NCBI GenBank assembly: GCA_938091905.1
Contig: CALKOM010000040.1
Span: forward strand, 1 to 60,962
DNA from: an uncultured Verrucomicrobiales bacterium
GTDB taxonomy: Bacteria > Verrucomicrobiota > Verrucomicrobiia > Verrucomicrobiales > DEV007
Direction: 5' to 3'
Length of the DNA: 60,962 nucleotides
Each line of letters starts with the position of its first letter. Position 1 is the stretch's first letter. The notes under the pieces were generated by a model, which was not told where the DNA came from, made no database searches, and saw only the letters and a list, made by a program, of their open reading frames with translations. Below, in pieces: positions 28,162 through 38,840 of this stretch. A program made the translations under genes and the position numbers.

Positions 28162-29298
28162 ATGGATACAGTGAACGTAGGCATTATTGGCGGCGGTCTC
28201 ATGGGGCGCGAAATGGCCAGTGCCTTTGCGCGATGGTGCGCTTTGCAAGACATGCCGGTTCAGCCAGTCCTCGTGGCCGTGGCCGACACAAATGAGGATG
28301 TCTTAGAATGGTTTCAAAAGATTCCTTCCGTAACACAGCAGGTGACCGACTATCACCTTCTTCTCAGGAATCCTGACATTGACGTTTGTTACGTGGCTGT
28401 GCCGCACACCTTCCACGAACAGATCTACCTTGATGTGATCAATGCGGGTAAGGATCTGTTGGCTGAGAAGCCGTTTGGCGTGAATCAGGGCGCTGCTCAG
28501 CGCATTGTAGAAGCGACAAAAAAATCGGACTCGTTTGTGCGTTGTAGTTCTGAGTTTCCCTTCATGCCTGGCGCGCACGCGGTTTATCAGGCGTGTCGCG
28601 ATGTGGCTCCGCTCGGGCGTGTGCTGGAGGTTAATGCCGGCTTTCATCATGCCAGTGATCTTGATCCTAGCAAGCCAGCGAACTGGAAGCGTCTTTCGTC
28701 TATGTGCGGCGATATCGGTGTGCTCGGTGATCTTGGGATGCATGTGGTGCATCTTCCTTTGCGCCTTGGATGGCGGCCGCAGACGGTTTACGCTCAGCTC
28801 CAGAAAGGCTATCCGCGCCGACCTGGTTCGGGAGGAGAAGCGGAGGTGATTTGCGATACTTGGGATAACGCGGCATTGCATACGTGGGCGATGGTTGGGG
28901 ACCATCCAGCAGCGATGAGGTTGGAAATGAAACGGCTGGCTCCTGGAGCGACCAATACTTGGTACATCGAAGTTCTCGGGACAGATGGAGGCTTTCGCTA
29001 TAGTACGCGAGAGCCCAAGACCTTGTGGACATTCGAGAGAGGCGACCACCAGGAGTGGAAGCGCACAGAGTTAGGATTCAGCACGCCCTTCAAAGCCGTG
29101 ACGGGAGGCATCTTTGAAGTAGGATTTCCGGACATCATCCAACAGATGTGGGCGGCTTACTTGTTAGAACGCGGAGGATTACTAGGAGATCACTTTGGAT
29201 GCGTCACTCCCGAAGAAGCGCTTATGAGTCACCAATTGTTCAGTGCGGCTTTGGAGTCTGAGCAGACGAGTCGTGTGATCCAGCTGAGTTATGCCTGA
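28162..29298 (+). CDS. Gfo/Idh/MocA family oxidoreductase
   Basis: GIIGGGLMG, AEKP and DLGMH. Start at ATG 28162. Confidence 0.92.
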   Translation: MDTVNVGIIGGGLMGREMASAFARWCALQDMPVQPVLVAVADTNEDVLEWFQKIPSVTQQVTDYHLLLRNPDIDVCYVAVPHTFHEQIYLDVINAGKDLLAEKPFGVNQGAAQRIVEATKKSDSFVRCSSEFPFMPGAHAVYQACRDVAPLGRVLEVNAGFHHASDLDPSKPANWKRLSSMCGDIGVLGDLGMHVVHLPLRLGWRPQTVYAQLQKGYPRRPGSGGEAEVICDTWDNAALHTWAMVGDHPAAMRLEMKRLAPGATNTWYIEVLGTDGGFRYSTREPKTLWTFERGDHQEWKRTELGFSTPFKAVTGGIFEVGFPDIIQQMWAAYLLERGGLLGDHFGCVTPEEALMSHQLFSAALESEQTSRVIQLSYA

Positions 29299-30307
29299 GA
29301 GGACGGGACTGGTCGCGGCAGGGAATTTCATCATCGATCACGTGAAAATGATCGATGCTTATCCTGAGCCCGAGATGCTGACGAACATTCGTTCGCAGTC
29401 GAGCAGCAATGGTGGTGGCCCCTATAATGTTCTCAAAGACCTTGCGAAGATGGAAGCCCCGTTCCCGTTGGAAGCGGTGGGCTTGATCGGACAGGACGCT
29501 CACGGCGATTGGGTGGTGGCCGATTGTGAGGAGCATGGGATTGCGACATGGGGACTGAAGCGGTCTGCAGCAGCGGCAACGTCCTACACGGATGCTATGA
29601 CTGTGGTTCAGGGTGGACAGCGAACGTTCTTTCATCATCGGGGGGCCAATGCGGTCTTTGGGCAGGCGGACGTTGATCTGGAATCTAGTCGGGCGAAGTG
29701 GTTCTATTTGGGCTACCTGCTATTGCTCGATCAAATGGATGCCTTGGATGGCGAGGGGCGAACAGAGGCAAGTCGAGTGCTTGAGCGCGTTCAAGCCGCC
29801 GGGATGCAAACGGTGGTGGACTTTGTCAGTGTGCCTGATGAGCGTATTCGATCGATATCAGCGGCTAGCCTGCCTCACGTGAATTTGCTTTTCATCAATG
29901 AGATTGAAGCGGGAATGGTGACTGGAGGAGATCTGCGCCGGGATGGAAAACCTAACATTAAGGCCATAGAGGAAGCAGCGTCGGCGTTGATTGAAATTGG
30001 GGTGAAGGATGCGGTCGTGATTCATTTCCAGGAAGGAGCCGTGGTCAAGACTCGTGCTGGGGAGGTGTATCGGCAAGGGGCGGTCAAGGTGCCGGGCTCG
30101 GCGATTGTCGGTTCCACGGGAGCCGGGGACGCCTTTGCCGCGGGCTTCTTGTATGGCATCCATGAAGGGTGGGAGATCCCTGCCTGCTTAGAGCATGCGG
30201 TGTGCGCCGCCGCCATCAGTCTTGGAGACGGAACTCCTTCGGAGGCGATGCGAACTTCCTCTGAATGCCTTGCGCAAGGTCGTGAGTGGGGATTAAGTGT
30301 ATTATGA
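29291..30307 (+). CDS. PfkB family carbohydrate kinase
   Basis: GGGPYN, NEIEA and [13 protein letters not shown]. Confidence 0.93.
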   Translation: MPERTGLVAAGNFIIDHVKMIDAYPEPEMLTNIRSQSSSNGGGPYNVLKDLAKMEAPFPLEAVGLIGQDAHGDWVVADCEEHGIATWGLKRSAAAATSYTDAMTVVQGGQRTFFHHRGANAVFGQADVDLESSRAKWFYLGYLLLLDQMDALDGEGRTEASRVLERVQAAGMQTVVDFVSVPDERIRSISAASLPHVNLLFINEIEAGMVTGGDLRRDGKPNIKAIEEAASALIEIGVKDAVVIHFQEGAVVKTRAGEVYRQGAVKVPGSAIVGSTGAGDAFAAGFLYGIHEGWEIPACLEHAVCAAAISLGDGTPSEAMRTSSECLAQGREWGLSVL

Positions 30308-32055
30308 AAGCGATAGCAGTCAGCTTCTTGTTTTGTTTGAGTGTGTCGTTCGGACAGGATCGACAGCCCAACGTCGTTGTCATTCTCACAGATGATCAAG
30401 GCTGGGGAGATCTAAGTCTCCATGGGAATACTAACCTGAGCACTCCTAATATCGATGCGATGGCGAAAGGTGGTGCTCAGTTTGACCGTTTTTACGTGTG
30501 CCCTGTCTGCTCGCCAACTCGGGCGGAGTTTCTAACGGGACGCTATCATCCTCGAAGCCGGGTCTACAGCACTTCTGCAGGGGGGGAGCGAATGGACCTT
30601 GACGAGACGACGATCGCGGACGTTTTCAAGGCGGCGGGTTACGCCACGGCCGCCTTCGGCAAATGGCACAATGGGATGCAGTACCCTTATCATCCTAATG
30701 GACGAGGGTTCGATGAGTTTTACGGCTTCTGCTCAGGGCATTGGGGAGACTATTTTAGCCCGCCACTGGATCATAACGGGAAGATTGTTCGGGGTGAGGG
30801 TTTTGTGATCGATGACTTTACTGATAAGGCCATGGATTTCATGGAAGCGAACCAAGAGAAACCGTTCTTGGTCTATTTGCCTTACAACACGCCGCACTCT
30901 CCGATGCAAGTGCCAGATCGATGGTGGGATAAATTCAAGGATAAGGAATTGGCGAAGCGCCATTTCAATTCGAAGAACGAGAAACTCGGGCATACGCGAG
31001 CTGCTCTGGCAATGTGTGAGAATATTGATTGGAATGTGGGGCGAGTATTGGAGAAGCTGGACAGCCTCAAATTGAGCGAGGACACCATTGTGGTGTATTT
31101 CTGTGACAATGGGCCAAACGGCGTCCGGTGGAATGGAAGAATGAAAGGACGTAAGGGGTCAACCGATGAGGGGGGAGTACGTTCGCCACTATTCATTCGT
31201 TGGCCTGGTAAGATCATGGAAGGTTACGTGCATAAGGAACCTACGAGTGCGATCGATCTTCTGCCAACCCTGGCAGGACTCGCAGGTGTTGACGCAAAGA
31301 CAGCGAATACGCTTGATGGCCTGAGTGTGAGGAACTTTCTATTGGGTGAGCCTGTGTTCGCTTGGGTGAAAGATCGCCCAATATACAGCCACTGGAATAA
31401 TCGAGTGGCTGTTCGTAAGGGAGACTATCTACTCGATCACCAAGGGCAGCTTTTCGATTTGGTGAAAGATCCTGAGCAGCGTATGAACGTGGCGGCGGGC
31501 TTTCCTGATATGGCACAGACTCTGACGGGTTTAGCCAATGATTGGAAGAAGGATGTGCTGGCGGGATATCGCGATGATGACCGAGCCTTTCTCGTAGGCC
31601 ACCCTGACTATCGTTACACTCAGATTCCCGCTCGTGACGGCAAGGCGCATGGAGGAATTAAACGCTCCAATCGCTTTCCGAACTGTTCATATTTCACGAA
31701 CTGGAAGACGACCGACGACAAAGTGACGTGGGAGGTGGAAGTGACCCATAGCGCAAACTATCAGGTGGAGGTTCACTATTCTTGTCCTCAGGAATCGGTT
31801 GGTTCGACCCTTTCGCTGACTTTTGGAGACAGTGCGTTGACTGGAAGAATCAGCGAGGCTCACGATCCTCCGGTCCGTGGGGGAGAGAATGATCGAGTCA
31901 CCAGGGCGGAGTCTTATGTGAAGGCTTTCGGTGTCGTGAATATGGGCTCGATTCCGTTAATGAAGGGTTCGGGCACTCTAACGCTACAAGCGAATGATGT
32001 GGTAGGCGAAGAGGTTATGGACTTTCGCTTACTGATGCTGACGCGGCAGGATTAA
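30304..32055 (+). CDS. Secreted formylglycine-dependent (S1) sulfatase with C-terminal beta-sandwich
   Basis: Signal peptide, [18 protein letters not shown] and GKWH. ATGA overlap with the kinase gene. Confidence 0.95.
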   Translation: MKAIAVSFLFCLSVSFGQDRQPNVVVILTDDQGWGDLSLHGNTNLSTPNIDAMAKGGAQFDRFYVCPVCSPTRAEFLTGRYHPRSRVYSTSAGGERMDLDETTIADVFKAAGYATAAFGKWHNGMQYPYHPNGRGFDEFYGFCSGHWGDYFSPPLDHNGKIVRGEGFVIDDFTDKAMDFMEANQEKPFLVYLPYNTPHSPMQVPDRWWDKFKDKELAKRHFNSKNEKLGHTRAALAMCENIDWNVGRVLEKLDSLKLSEDTIVVYFCDNGPNGVRWNGRMKGRKGSTDEGGVRSPLFIRWPGKIMEGYVHKEPTSAIDLLPTLAGLAGVDAKTANTLDGLSVRNFLLGEPVFAWVKDRPIYSHWNNRVAVRKGDYLLDHQGQLFDLVKDPEQRMNVAAGFPDMAQTLTGLANDWKKDVLAGYRDDDRAFLVGHPDYRYTQIPARDGKAHGGIKRSNRFPNCSYFTNWKTTDDKVTWEVEVTHSANYQVEVHYSCPQESVGSTLSLTFGDSALTGRISEAHDPPVRGGENDRVTRAESYVKAFGVVNMGSIPLMKGSGTLTLQANDVVGEEVMDFRLLMLTRQD

Positions 32056-32063
32056 GCGCGGTC

Positions 32064-32091
32064 TTTACAAGACCTATTTCTTACATAGCTT
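32064..32091 (+). promoter_or_regulatory. Candidate promoter, near-leaderless
   Basis: TTTACA-N16-TAGCTT, with the same -10 and spacer as the rpsT promoter. Lies 8 nt before ATG 32100. Confidence 0.4.
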
Positions 32092-32099
32092 CTTACCCA

Positions 32100-33644
32100 A
32101 TGGCGCGTAAGTCACGAAGTCGGAAGCGGAAAGCTAAGAAGAACAGTGTCAAGTCGGCATCTTCGAAAGTGGTGTCGACTGGAAGGGCCCCCAAGGGTGA
32201 AAGTGCTGAGTCTAAGACGGTGGAGGCTGATGTTGTCATCGATGCGATTGCGGAGGAGACGGAGCCCCAACTGGTAGTGAGGCCAGTTATCCATCCTGCA
32301 GAAGTGATCGAGATTCGGCCCGCCGAGTTTCCTGAATCTGGGATGCCGAATGATAATCTTAGCTTGGAAGGCTGGGATAAGCCTCAGACCCGGGAAAGTC
32401 CGCTTCCGTCGAAGGAGGCTCTGCCAGGGGAATCAGAAGACACCTTGGATGCCTTGCAGTCAGAGATTGATGTAGTGTTGGATGACGGATCTCTTGGTGA
32501 GGCGCCCTTAGTTTACGAGGAGAAAGTTTCCGTAAGTGAGGAGCCGACACGAAAGCGCGTTTATCGATTTGAACGCAAGCTGCAGCCAGTCGATCGTTTG
32601 CCAGAAGAGCTGAGTGATAGTGAGTCAGATTCTGAAGAGGCATTAGGCGACGTTTTTTCAAAAGCACCAAAGACGATGCCTGAAACAGATGCTGGTTCGC
32701 CGTGGAGTGACGAACGTGCTGGTGGTCAGGGATCCCCTGAAAAGTTCTTTGGTAGAAAGAATGTGCTGGAGGTGATCGAAGAGATTCCTTTAATCGGTCG
32801 TGTTCTAGTTCGAGATGGAGCCTGGAGGCCATCGACTGTCTTTGTTGTCATCTCCTCGTTGATCAATACGCTTATCTTCATTCTCGTACTCTCTTTCATG
32901 CTAGAAGATCCGGACAGGCTACGAAGCTTCAACGAGAAGGGTACGAGTCCAGAGGAATTAGCCAAGAGCGTGCCAATGGAGGAAATCAAAGCGTGTGTGA
33001 AGGCTTTTACGGTCGCCTCTACGTGGGAAGAGAAACTGAAGCATGTGCGTGCGGCTGGGCATGTAGTGGAGAAGCTTCGCGCTTACTATCAGACCAACCC
33101 GGTTCGGTTGGGGGAAGACGTTATCATCGAGAGAGCCGAGCGTGTGGTGATGAACGGTCTAGACCTGTTCAAGATCGAAGCGACGGTGCTCCCTCAAAAG
33201 GAGGCACTGGTGTTGATGATAGAACGTGATGCCCGCGGTTTGCTAAAGGTGGATTGGGAAGTGGCCGTGGATTATCAGGAGATGCCCTGGAAAACCTTCT
33301 ACGAGGAGCAGCCTACTCAGCCTACAAATCTTCGGGTGGTCTTTCGATTGCAGGACCCTCCGTATTATAACTATCAGTTTGGAGATCCTGTAGCGTTTAG
33401 GGGGTACCGTCTATCGTATCCGAAAACCGGATTTCCCAACCTAACAGGATATGTGGAAAGAGGCTCGGTTTTAGACAAAGAGCTGGAAGCGCTGCTTGGA
33501 GGCGAGAACGTTGAACAGTATCCAGCCATACTAAATGTTGCCTACCCCAAGAATCCGCAGGATCCCGCAATGGTACGAATCACAAAAATGGTGTCTCCGG
33601 GATGGGTTGTGGACTATGAAGCGGTAGCGCACACGAGTGAGTAA
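32100..33644 (+). CDS. Hypothetical single-TM protein with long acidic disordered N-terminus
   Basis: 514-aa ORF with a central TM and a globular C-domain (KVDWE, YYNYQF). Confidence 0.8.
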   Translation: MARKSRSRKRKAKKNSVKSASSKVVSTGRAPKGESAESKTVEADVVIDAIAEETEPQLVVRPVIHPAEVIEIRPAEFPESGMPNDNLSLEGWDKPQTRESPLPSKEALPGESEDTLDALQSEIDVVLDDGSLGEAPLVYEEKVSVSEEPTRKRVYRFERKLQPVDRLPEELSDSESDSEEALGDVFSKAPKTMPETDAGSPWSDERAGGQGSPEKFFGRKNVLEVIEEIPLIGRVLVRDGAWRPSTVFVVISSLINTLIFILVLSFMLEDPDRLRSFNEKGTSPEELAKSVPMEEIKACVKAFTVASTWEEKLKHVRAAGHVVEKLRAYYQTNPVRLGEDVIIERAERVVMNGLDLFKIEATVLPQKEALVLMIERDARGLLKVDWEVAVDYQEMPWKTFYEEQPTQPTNLRVVFRLQDPPYYNYQFGDPVAFRGYRLSYPKTGFPNLTGYVERGSVLDKELEALLGGENVEQYPAILNVAYPKNPQDPAMVRITKMVSPGWVVDYEAVAHTSE

Positions 33645-33699
33645 TTAACTTCACCGAATTGTTCGTTGCAGGGCTTGTATTGGTCGGTAGGGAGTGGCC

Positions 33700-35052
33700 A
33701 TGGGCAAACTCTTTGGCACTGATGGCATTCGTGGCACAGCAAATCGTTATCCCATCACTCCGGATGTGGCGTTGATGGCTGGCAAGAGTATTGCGAAGGT
33801 TCTGGGTGGGGAGCGTGATGTGCAGCACAAGGTGGTTATCGGCAAGGACACGAGGATTTCCGGATACATGTTGGAAACTGCGTTGACGAGCGGGCTGGTG
33901 TCGCTCGGTATGGACGTCTTACTTGTCGGGCCTTTACCCACGCCAGGTGTGGCTCATCTCACCAAGTCGATGGGATGTGCTGCTGGTATCATGCTAACAG
34001 CGTCACACAATCCTGCGTCAGACAATGGTCTTAAGATCTTCGGCGCGGATGGTTACAAACTGTCTGATAAACTCGAAACCGAGATTGAGCGCCTGATTCT
34101 GGAAGGTGTTCCTGAGGAAGAGGCATCTCTTTGTCAGGAGATCGGAAAAGCGCGGCGTGTCGACGACGGCACGGGGCGTTACATCGAATTTGTGAAAGGA
34201 ATTGTGGGCAATCAGAACCTTGAAGGTATGAAGGTCGTTGTCGATGCTGCCCACGGTGCTGCCTATTTTTTGGGGCCATTGATTCTCCAGGAAATGGGTG
34301 CCGAAGTCATCTCGACAGGCGTGTCGCCTAACGGATTGAACATTAATCAGGACTGCGGTGCACTTTATCCGCAAACTGCAGAAGCTCTTGTCATTGAGCA
34401 TGGTGCCGACGTCGGCGTAACCTTCGATGGTGATGCGGATCGAGTGATCTTTGTCGATCACACAGGAAAGCAGGTGAATGGTGATCGGTTGCTTTGTCTC
34501 GCCGCGATTGGTTTGCATGAAGAAGGGTTACTTTTGGGTAATACGGTGGTCGTCACATCGATGACCAATCTTGGCCTCATGGAGGCGATGAAAGCGCGTG
34601 GTATCAAGGTGGAGGTAACAGGAGTTGGCGATCGTCAAGTGATCGAGCGGATGCGTGAACTCGGCTACGTCTTTGGTGGTGAGAACTCAGGTCACGTTAT
34701 CTTCGGGCAACACTCGACCACAGGTGATGGTATTCTTGCGGCATTGAAGGTACTCACCTGGATGAAGTCGAAGAATGTAAGGTTGGCTGAGTTAGCAGAT
34801 TGCATGCGAGAGTACCCGCAGCGTCTCATTAGTATCCCGGTTCCCAAGAAGCCTCCGATGGAGGAGATTGAGGGTATGAATAAGCTCATTACTGATTGCG
34901 ATAGTGACTTTGGGGATGCGGGAAGGAACGTGATTCGGTATTCCGGTACGGAGAATAAAATAAGGGTGTTGTTAGAGTGTTCTGATGTAGCCAAGGTCGA
35001 AGATTTCGCGGGCCGCTTTGAATCGTTGATCAGGGAGCAATTATGCAGTTAA
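33700..35052 (+). CDS. glmM: Phosphoglucosamine mutase
   Basis: LFGTDGIRG, GKDTRISGYMLE, TASHNP, FDGDADR, GGENSGH and RYSGTE. Confidence 0.96.
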   Translation: MGKLFGTDGIRGTANRYPITPDVALMAGKSIAKVLGGERDVQHKVVIGKDTRISGYMLETALTSGLVSLGMDVLLVGPLPTPGVAHLTKSMGCAAGIMLTASHNPASDNGLKIFGADGYKLSDKLETEIERLILEGVPEEEASLCQEIGKARRVDDGTGRYIEFVKGIVGNQNLEGMKVVVDAAHGAAYFLGPLILQEMGAEVISTGVSPNGLNINQDCGALYPQTAEALVIEHGADVGVTFDGDADRVIFVDHTGKQVNGDRLLCLAAIGLHEEGLLLGNTVVVTSMTNLGLMEAMKARGIKVEVTGVGDRQVIERMRELGYVFGGENSGHVIFGQHSTTGDGILAALKVLTWMKSKNVRLAELADCMREYPQRLISIPVPKKPPMEEIEGMNKLITDCDSDFGDAGRNVIRYSGTENKIRVLLECSDVAKVEDFAGRFESLIREQLCS

Positions 35053-35888
35053 GTGATTCTCTACAGCCGCTTACCTGTGGGCGCGAGTTCGGCGATTGCT
35101 TGGTCGCGGGAATGACCTTTCTTGAATTGCAGGCGGCATTGCTCAAGGAAGTCACAGGTGGCGAGGAAATTATCTTGGCGGAAAACGCGTGGATCTCCCC
35201 CGAGGAGTTGACGTGTTTGCTACATACTAGCCCTCCTACCCTCGTCATCGGGGATGAGGTTGTGGCCAAGGTTGCTTCAAGCTCAGATGAACGGATTGAT
35301 GTTAGTGAGTCTGGGGTGCTTATACGTTATCCATGGGATTTCCTGACCTTGCAGGAGCGAGTGTTGGGGCGATTGAAGGAGTCGAGAGTCGAGGGTGACG
35401 TGCATGGTCAAGCGACGGTTGACGGTATTGTTGTTTTAGGGAAAGGGTCGCGAGTCTTGCCGGGCGTGTATATTGAGGGGGTGGCGGTGATTGGTCGTGA
35501 TTGCAAGATCGGGCCGAACGCCTACCTCCGAGGAATGAACATGATCGGGGATGGCTGCCATATTGGCCAGGCCGTCGAAGTGAAAAATTCTATTCTCTAT
35601 CATAACACTGAGATGGGGCATCTGAGTTACTGTGGCGATTCGGTTGTTGGTTCGGGGGTGAACTTTGGTGCAGGAACGATCGTTTCGAACTTCCGCCATG
35701 ACGGAAAGAATCACCGTTCCACGGTGGGTGATGGCTTGGTCGATACGGGGCGTCGCAAGTTTGGAGCCATCTTTGGAGATGGGGTTCACACCGGGATCCA
35801 CACCAGTATCTATCCGGGGCGCAAGTTATGGCCGCAGACGAGTACCTTGCCTGGAGATATCGTGCAGAAAGATCTGCATTCTTCTTAG
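35043..35888 (+). CDS. GlmU-like left-handed beta-helix acetyltransferase (C-terminal domain type)
   Basis: Hexapeptide repeats, IGPNAYLR, VEVKNS, HLSYCGDS, NFGAGT and TGRRKFGA. No N-terminal GxGxR nucleotidyltransferase motif. Confidence 0.8.
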   Translation: MQLSDSLQPLTCGREFGDCLVAGMTFLELQAALLKEVTGGEEIILAENAWISPEELTCLLHTSPPTLVIGDEVVAKVASSSDERIDVSESGVLIRYPWDFLTLQERVLGRLKESRVEGDVHGQATVDGIVVLGKGSRVLPGVYIEGVAVIGRDCKIGPNAYLRGMNMIGDGCHIGQAVEVKNSILYHNTEMGHLSYCGDSVVGSGVNFGAGTIVSNFRHDGKNHRSTVGDGLVDTGRRKFGAIFGDGVHTGIHTSIYPGRKLWPQTSTLPGDIVQKDLHSS

Positions 35889-35898
35889 CCTTGTTTAT

Positions 35899-37744
35899 AT
35901 GTGTGGTATTGTAAGTTGCATGGGCGACAAAGAGGCGAGTCAGGTGCTGCTTAATGGATGGCGCCGCTTAGAATATCGAGGCTACGACTCCGCAGGGCTG
36001 TCTTTAATAGGCCGAGATGCGTTGCTTTCAGTAAAGCGTCCTGGCAAAGTAGCTGCTCTTAACCAGGCGGTAAGAGAAGAGCTGTCCCCGGAAAAGAATG
36101 AGCTGTGTCGAATCGGGGTCGCCCTACCCGCTGGGCTACCCATGGGGCGCCTACCCAGGTGAATACGCATCCGAATCTGGATGAGAGTGGTCGTATTGCT
36201 CTCGTGCATAACGGGATTATCGAGAACTATCGCTATATTCGAAGTCACCTTGAAAGAAAGGACCACACATTTCACTCCGAGACGGATAGCGAAGTGCTGG
36301 CTCACCTTATTGGTGATTTTTTGAAGGGGACTTGTTAGGCACCGTAGGTGCCGCGTTGACGAAAGTAAAAGGGACCTTTGGCATAGCGGTGATTACCCAG
36401 GATGAGCCGGACAGGGTGATCGCTGCTCGGCGGGATAGTTCCATCGTGATTGGTGTCGGCAAAGAGGAAAGTGTGATTGCAAGTGATGCTGCCGCAGTGG
36501 TTTCCGTGACGCAGCAAGTGATCTACTTGGATGACAATGACATCGCTGTGGTCACGCCGGGGGAAGTGGATATCCGCGATCTTAACAATGTGCCTGTTAG
36601 TCGTCAGCTATCTGAATTGGAGTGGTCTGACACTTCGGCTGAACTCGGTGGGTATGAGCATTTTATGCTCAAAGAAATCTATGAGCAGTCTGATTCGATT
36701 CGGAATGCGATTTGCGGTCGCCTGGACTTTGAGAATGGCACTGCCGTCCTCTCTGGATGAGGGACGCCGCGGCGCGAGATCTCTGACGTCCCGCGTACGA
36801 TTATTGTAGGCTGTGGTACTTCAATGAATGCGGGCATGGTAGGTGAGTATGCTTTTGAAGAATTCGCCGATATACCGTTTGAGGTCGAGCAGGCGGCTGA
36901 GTTTTGGTATCGAAATCCGATCATCCGTGCGAGTGATCTTGTGTTGGCGATCAGCCAATCAGGGGAGACTGCAGACACCCTTGCTGCGGTGCGGGAGGCC
37001 ATTCAGAAAGGGACTTGGGTTTCCGGGCTTTGCAATGTGGTTGGCTCAACGATTGCCCGCGAAACAGGAAGTGGAATCTATCTTCACGCTGGACCAGAGA
37101 TCAGCGCCGCTTCGACGAAGGCCTTCACTTGCCGGTTAGCGGTCTTGCCCATGGTCGCTCTGAAATTTGGGCGCTGTGCAACATTGTCGTGCAGCCGCGG
37201 TCGGGAGATCGCTGAAGCGATCGAGTCGATACCGGAGCTTGTCGAGCGTGTACTGGAGCAGAACGTTGTGATCGCGAAGGATGCCGAGCGCTGGGCAGAT
37301 GCAGATACCCCAAGTGCGTTCTTTATTGGGCGTGGTTATTAGTTTTCCGTTGCTCTGGAAGGAGCTCTCAAGCTGAAGGACATTAGCTACATTCACGCGG
37401 AAGGTTATCACGCTACCGAATTGAAGCATGGCCCTATTGCTCTGTTAGAAGACGGGATTCCTGTTGTCGCACTTCTCAATGAGGGTCCAGGCAAGGAGAA
37501 GACGATTGGAAATGTTCACGAGTGTGCTGCTCGCGGTGCTCGGACGGTGGGTGTGATCACGGAAGGAGACACGGACACGGCAAGTCTCCTTGACAGTGTG
37601 ATCGAGGTGCCTGCCTGCCCGGACTTTGTGGCTCCAGTGCCTACGGCTGTGACCCTTCAGCTCCTGTCCTATCATGTTGCTAGAACCCGGGGATGTGCCA
37701 TTGATCAGCCTAGGAATCTGGCCAAAAGTGTGACCGTCGAGTGA
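35899..37744 (+). pseudogene. glmS: Glutamine--fructose-6-phosphate aminotransferase, disrupted
   Basis: Runs from MCGIV...LEYRGYDSAG to DQPRNLAKSVTVE. Frameshifts near 36124 (A-H-TRWATHG) and near 36320 (T run). In-frame TGA 36758-60 and TAG 37340-42. Confidence 0.95.
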
Positions 37745-37745
37745 T

Positions 37746-38840
37746 TTAGATAAAGAGTTCAGCAGCAATGGGATCGACCATGGCGCGATGTCTAGCCGTT
37801 AGTCGACAGTGATCATCTGCGAACTCAAGAACCCCTTCGCTTTGTAGGTCTTGCGCCCGTTTTTGAGAGGTTGCTGTCAAGGTGCCTAAGTGGATTCCCT
37901 GGCTGGTGCGAAGCATCAATGCGACACGTTCGTTGTGGAGATCCGCTTCTGACAAGGTCTCTTCGTTCACGGCGATTGCGCCTTCTGCGGTATAGCGGGC
38001 TGTGTCTGGGACGTTCTGCCATCGTTGGGTTCCTATGGTAGAGACGGCGCTGGGGCCTAAGCCTAAGTAGTCCTTTCCTGCCCAATAGGCTTGGTTGTGG
38101 AGGGACTCGCATCCAGGCTGAGCGTAATTGGAGATCTCGTAGTGTTGAAGGCCAGCCGCCGTGAGCAGGCGGTCTGCCAGGTAGAAGTGATCGGCATTGT
38201 CATCGACGTCCTCACGGAAGTTCCCCTTTCCCAACTGCTCAAAGAACGGTGTGTCTTCTTCATAAGTGAGGTTGTAGGCGGAGATATGCTGTGACTTTAG
38301 GTCTAGAGTTGTGAGGAGATCCTTTTCCCAAGTCTCAAGACTCTGTCCAGGGAGGGAGAACATCAGGTCTAGATTGACGACCGAAAAGCCGGTATCACTG
38401 AGCAAGTGATAGGAATCGAGGGCTTGTTCAGGAGAATGATCTCGCCCTAGTGTAGTCAGAAGGTCAGGCTGCCAAGATTGGACTCCGAGGCTCACGCGAT
38501 TGATTCCATGGCTGTGGAGTAGTGTGGCTTTCTTTTGGTCGAAGGTCATGGGGTTGGCTTCTGTTGACCACTCTGCTAGCTCACTTAGGTCGAGTTGTGC
38601 GCATATACCATCTAACAAGCGGGTCAAAGCGCTTTGATTCAACAGGGTTGGCGTTCCGCCTCCAAAGTAGATGGTCTCGGGACGGATTTCGAAGCGCTGA
38701 GACTTGGCTGCCAGGTCTGCCAACAACGCATCAACCAGGGACTTCATCGATGTTTCGTTGGGTTGATGCTTGTAAAACGCACAGTATGGGCAAATTCTAT
38801 GGCAGAATGGCACATGTACGTAGAGATGGCGGACGATCAT
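37746..38840 (-). CDS. hemW: Radical SAM heme chaperone HemW (HemN-like)
   Basis: LYVHVPFCHRICPYC, YFGGGTP, YEISNY and HNQAYW. Start taken at ATG 38840. Confidence 0.92.
   Translation of the reverse strand: MIVRHLYVHVPFCHRICPYCAFYKHQPNETSMKSLVDALLADLAAKSQRFEIRPETIYFGGGTPTLLNQSALTRLLDGICAQLDLSELAEWSTEANPMTFDQKKATLLHSHGINRVSLGVQSWQPDLLTTLGRDHSPEQALDSYHLLSDTGFSVVNLDLMFSLPGQSLETWEKDLLTTLDLKSQHISAYNLTYEEDTPFFEQLGKGNFREDVDDNADHFYLADRLLTAAGLQHYEISNYAQPGCESLHNQAYWAGKDYLGLGPSAVSTIGTQRWQNVPDTARYTAEGAIAVNEETLSEADLHNERVALMLRTSQGIHLGTLTATSQKRAQDLQSEGVLEFADDHCRLTARHRAMVDPIAAELFI

Noticed and set aside
28303..29049. Long antisense and alternative-frame ORFs (e.g. 28303-29049, 7371-8018, 44878-45456, 19615-20157)
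   Set aside because: They are shadows of well-supported genes and carry no recognisable motifs.
35889..35898. glmS ribozyme
   Set aside because: Only 10 nt separate the upstream stop from the glmS start.
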